A stretch of DNA of 32,559 nt from an uncultured Ruminococcus sp. GTDB lineage: Bacteria; Bacillota; Clostridia; Oscillospirales; Ruminococcaceae. Positions 30,122 to 32,559 of the stretch are shown here, piece after piece; position 1 is the stretch's first letter; each line of letters opens with the position of its first letter. The notes under the pieces are model-generated. The model had not been told where the DNA came from and searched no databases. It saw nothing but the letters and a program-made list of their open reading frames with translations. The stretch is taken from positions 1-32,559 of the forward strand of contig URWK01000001.1 of NCBI GenBank assembly GCA_900551505.1. Direction: 5' to 3'. The position numbers and the translations under genes are program-made.

Positions 30122-31081
30122 ATGCTTGAAAAAATAGAAAAGCCGGAAATCGAAACAGTTGAGCTGAAAAGTGGCGGTAGATATGGCAAGTTTGTATTGT
30201 CACCGCTTGAACGTGGCTACGGAATAACCCTCGGAAACAGCCTCAGGAGAGTTCTGCTCTCCTCACTTCCCGGCGTTGCCGTAAATGCTGTTAAAATCGA
30301 TGGTGTTCATCACGAGCTTTCAACCATTCCCGGAGTAAAAGAAGACGTAACCGAAATTATTCTCAGTATAAAAGGTCTTACAGCCAAGCTGAACGGTGAA
30401 GGTCCGAAGACTGTTTACATTGATGCTAAGGGCGAATGCGAAGTAAAAGCTTCAGACATACAGACTGATTCAGAAGTTGACATACTTGACCCGGGTATGC
30501 ACATTGCGACACTCGGTAAGGATGCTAAACTTTCCATGGAAATCACAATTGACCGTGGCAGAGGATACGTTTCAGCAGAGCGTAACAAACAGTTGAATAA
30601 TTTCGCTATCGATGTGATTGCTGTTGACAGTATTTATACACCTGTTTTAAAAGTAAACTTCAAGGTTGAGGATACACGACTCGGTCAGGTTACAGACTAC
30701 GACAAACTTACACTTGAGGTATGGACAGATGGTACTATTTCTGCGAAGGAAGCGGTATCACAGGCAGCCAATCTCCTCAACGAGCATCTGAAATTATTTG
30801 TTGACCTGTCAGACGAACAGACAATTACTACATTAATCAAGCCCGACCAGGATACGAGAGGAACAGGTATTCTGGAGATGACCATTGAGGAACTTGACTT
30901 ATCGGTACGTTCTTTTAACTGTTTGAAGCGTGCCGGTATCAATACAGTATCTGACCTTATAAACAAGTCAGAAGAGGAAATGATGAAGGTTCGTAATCTG
31001 GGTAAGAAATCCTTTGATGAAGTGAAAGAAAAGCTTCAGTCACTGGGTTATGACCTCAGCTCAGAAGAAGATAACAATTAA
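30122..31081 (+). CDS. rpoA: DNA-directed RNA polymerase subunit alpha
   Basis: 319 aa. N-terminal domain contains [19 protein letters not shown]. The C-terminal domain has [22 protein letters not shown]. Confidence 0.97.
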   Translation: MLEKIEKPEIETVELKSGGRYGKFVLSPLERGYGITLGNSLRRVLLSSLPGVAVNAVKIDGVHHELSTIPGVKEDVTEIILSIKGLTAKLNGEGPKTVYIDAKGECEVKASDIQTDSEVDILDPGMHIATLGKDAKLSMEITIDRGRGYVSAERNKQLNNFAIDVIAVDSIYTPVLKVNFKVEDTRLGQVTDYDKLTLEVWTDGTISAKEAVSQAANLLNEHLKLFVDLSDEQTITTLIKPDQDTRGTGILEMTIEELDLSVRSFNCLKRAGINTVSDLINKSEEEMMKVRNLGKKSFDEVKEKLQSLGYDLSSEEDNN

Positions 31082-31091
31082 GAAAAACTGC

Positions 31092-31121
31092 CTTTCCGGC
31101 TTTCAGACGGAAGCCGGAAAG
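31092..31121 (+). other. Perfect 11-bp stem-loop in the rpoA-rplQ spacer
   Basis: CTTTCCGGCTT (31092-31102), loop TCAGACGG, AAGCCGGAAAG (31111-31121). No U-tract follows. Confidence 0.6.
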
Positions 31122-31206
31122 TTCAAATATAAGAAATTTTCACTATGTTTAAAGCATAGTTTCACTGAATAGAATATCGTATAAAGAAAGTAAGGAGTGG
31201 ATATAA

Positions 31207-31581
31207 ATGCCAGGCACAAGAAAATTAGGCAGAACTACTGACCATAGAAAAGCTATGCTCAGAGCAATGGTAACCTATCTTCTTGAAAACGGTCAGATTG
31301 AAACAACCGTTACAAGAGCAAAGGAAGTCAGAGCCGTTGCTGAAAAAATGATTACAATTGGCAAGAACAATGACCTGCACTCCAAGCGTCAAGTTATGGC
31401 TTATGTAACTAAGGAAGACGTTGCCAAGAAGCTTTTTGATGAAATTTCTCCTAAGTATGCAGACAGAAACGGTGGTTATACTCAGATTATCAAAATCGGA
31501 CCACGCCGTGGAGATGCTGCTGAAATGGCTATCATCAAGCTTGTTGATGTTGCAGAAAATACAGAAGCAAAGGCTGAATAA
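31207..31581 (+). CDS. rplQ: 50S ribosomal protein L17 (bL17)
   Basis: 124 aa with [14 protein letters not shown].....L.....I.TT..RAKE.R and GGYT.I.K...RRGD.A. Confidence 0.97.
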   Translation: MPGTRKLGRTTDHRKAMLRAMVTYLLENGQIETTVTRAKEVRAVAEKMITIGKNNDLHSKRQVMAYVTKEDVAKKLFDEISPKYADRNGGYTQIIKIGPRRGDAAEMAIIKLVDVAENTEAKAE

Positions 31582-31612
31582 TAAGCCGGCTTTTGAAAAA
31601 AGATATAAATTT

Positions 31613-31645
31613 AAGCGAAAGCTTTCAAAGGCTTTCGCTTTTTTT
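31613..31645 (+). terminator. Rho-independent terminator ending the ribosomal cluster (shared with the convergent M23 gene)
   Basis: AAGCGAAAGC (31613-31622), an 8-nt loop, GCTTTCGCTT (31631-31640), a 10-bp perfect stem, then TTTTT. Confidence 0.88.
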
Positions 31646-31649
31646 GTCG

Positions 31650-32363
31650 TTATTTTGAAATGTATTCAAGGGGATTTACATAAGCACCGTTTTTCAGCAT
31701 CTCGAAATGAAGATGTGAAGGTTCAGCACTTTCGATATCGGGATTTTTCGCAAGTGTTCCGAGTGCTGACCCAAGATTTACTGTTTCTCCTGCCTGAACG
31801 TTAAGAGCTTCATTAAGTCCGCAGTATTTTGTAATAAGTCCTCCGCCGTGGTCAACAGTTACCACCACGCCCCATAAGGCATCATTGGCGATTTCTGAAA
31901 CAGTACCATTGGCAATGCACTTTATTTCCGTTCCGACTTCCGCCGAGATGTCAATGCCGTTGTGGGTTTGCCAGGCGTTAGTTGTGAGGGATTTTACAAG
32001 TTCGCCGTTACTGAATTCGGAAATCACTTCGCCGTTTTCTACAGGCATGATTGAAGCAGTGTTTTTAGTGTTGGAAGTTGCGGGTTTGATTTTGATAACG
32101 GCTTGTTCAGTGGTGACAATGGGTTCTGTCTGAGTTACAGCCGGCTTGGCAATAACTGTTTCCTTTGGAATGTCGGTTTGAGGTTTGTCAACTTCCTGCT
32201 GAGTTTCGGTTATCTCCGCCGTGCTTTCTTCGAGATAGTCAAGTTGATTTTCGAGGTTCTGGGTAGTCTGGGAATATGCGAACCAACAAGCAGTACCAAT
32301 CATTGCCACGCTGGCAATCAAAGCGATGTAAAAGCCCTTTTCCTTGCTCTTTGAGTATTTCAA
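31650..32363 (-). CDS. M23-family (LytM-type) metallopeptidase with an N-terminal membrane anchor
   Basis: HNGIDI (HxxxD) and HLHFE (HxH) motifs in the C-terminal domain, plus one N-terminal TM helix. The ORF track begins at TTG 32378. The in-frame TTG at 32363 lies 6 nt after GGAGGTG and is my preferred start. Confidence 0.88.
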   Translation of the reverse strand: MKYSKSKEKGFYIALIASVAMIGTACWFAYSQTTQNLENQLDYLEESTAEITETQQEVDKPQTDIPKETVIAKPAVTQTEPIVTTEQAVIKIKPATSNTKNTASIMPVENGEVISEFSNGELVKSLTTNAWQTHNGIDISAEVGTEIKCIANGTVSEIANDALWGVVVTVDHGGGLITKYCGLNEALNVQAGETVNLGSALGTLAKNPDIESAEPSHLHFEMLKNGAYVNPLEYISK

Positions 32364-32444
32364 GAATACCACCTCCAATAGTATTTTTAACCATATAAGC
32401 GGTTTTATTCACTTTGCGGAAGTTTTTCTTGTCCGGGAGAACAT

Positions 32445-32559
32445 GGGGGGGGGGGGGGGGGGGGGGGGGCGCAGGGGGGGGGGGGGGGGGGGGAAAAAAA
32501 AAAAAACCAGAGATTAATTAAAAATTAAAATAAAAAGAATTTAAAGAAAAAATACAGCT
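32445..32559. repeat. Homopolymer block G25 (32445-32469), G20 (32474-32493), A13 (32494-32506), then A/T-rich low complexity to the window end; probable artefact
   Basis: Counted directly. No ORF. Compositionally unlike the rest of the window. Confidence 0.85.

Noticed and set aside
31421-31804. 127-aa plus-strand ORF spanning the rplQ 3-prime end, the terminator and the M23 gene 3-prime end
   Set aside because: It is out of frame within rplQ, reads through a strong terminator, and is antisense to the M23 CDS. It is spurious.

Overview
This is a core housekeeping window from a low-GC (about 40% G+C), Gram-positive, Clostridia-like chromosome; protein sequences and AGA-rich codon use feel Oscillospiraceae/Ruminococcus-like, which I cannot verify here. 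Left part, minus strand: glgP and malQ (glycogen/maltodextrin use) lie divergent from a small membrane-protein gene. A tightly packed co-directional array follows: rnj, gdpP-like DHH phosphodiesterase, rplI, dnaB, tilS, hpt, ftsH. Middle: an orphan YbjN-like gene with its own near-consensus promoter and terminator. Right part, plus strand: a complete, uninterrupted S10-spc-alpha ribosomal-protein cluster of 36 CDS, running rpsJ through rplQ and including secY, adk, map, a small KOW-domain gene, infA, rpmJ and rpoA. It ends at a strong terminator, convergent with an M23 peptidase gene. I found no tRNA/rRNA genes, CRISPR arrays, transposases, integrases, toxin-antitoxin or defence-type genes. 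I see no credible evidence for a novel multi-gene system. The most striking anomaly is three blocks of extreme homopolymer/low-complexity sequence (1-97, 4505-4718, 32445-32559). They are compositionally alien to the rest of the window and most likely assembly, sequencing or sequence-construction artefacts, so linkage across 4505-4718 should not be trusted without read support. Genuine second-look items are modest. They are a ~345-nt structured leader with terminator-like and mutually exclusive pairings between a strong promoter and rpsJ, a Cys4 zinc-ribbon form of L24, the uncharacterised KOW gene between map and infA, a stable hairpin in the long rpoA-rplQ spacer, and a basic N-terminal extension on RNase J.
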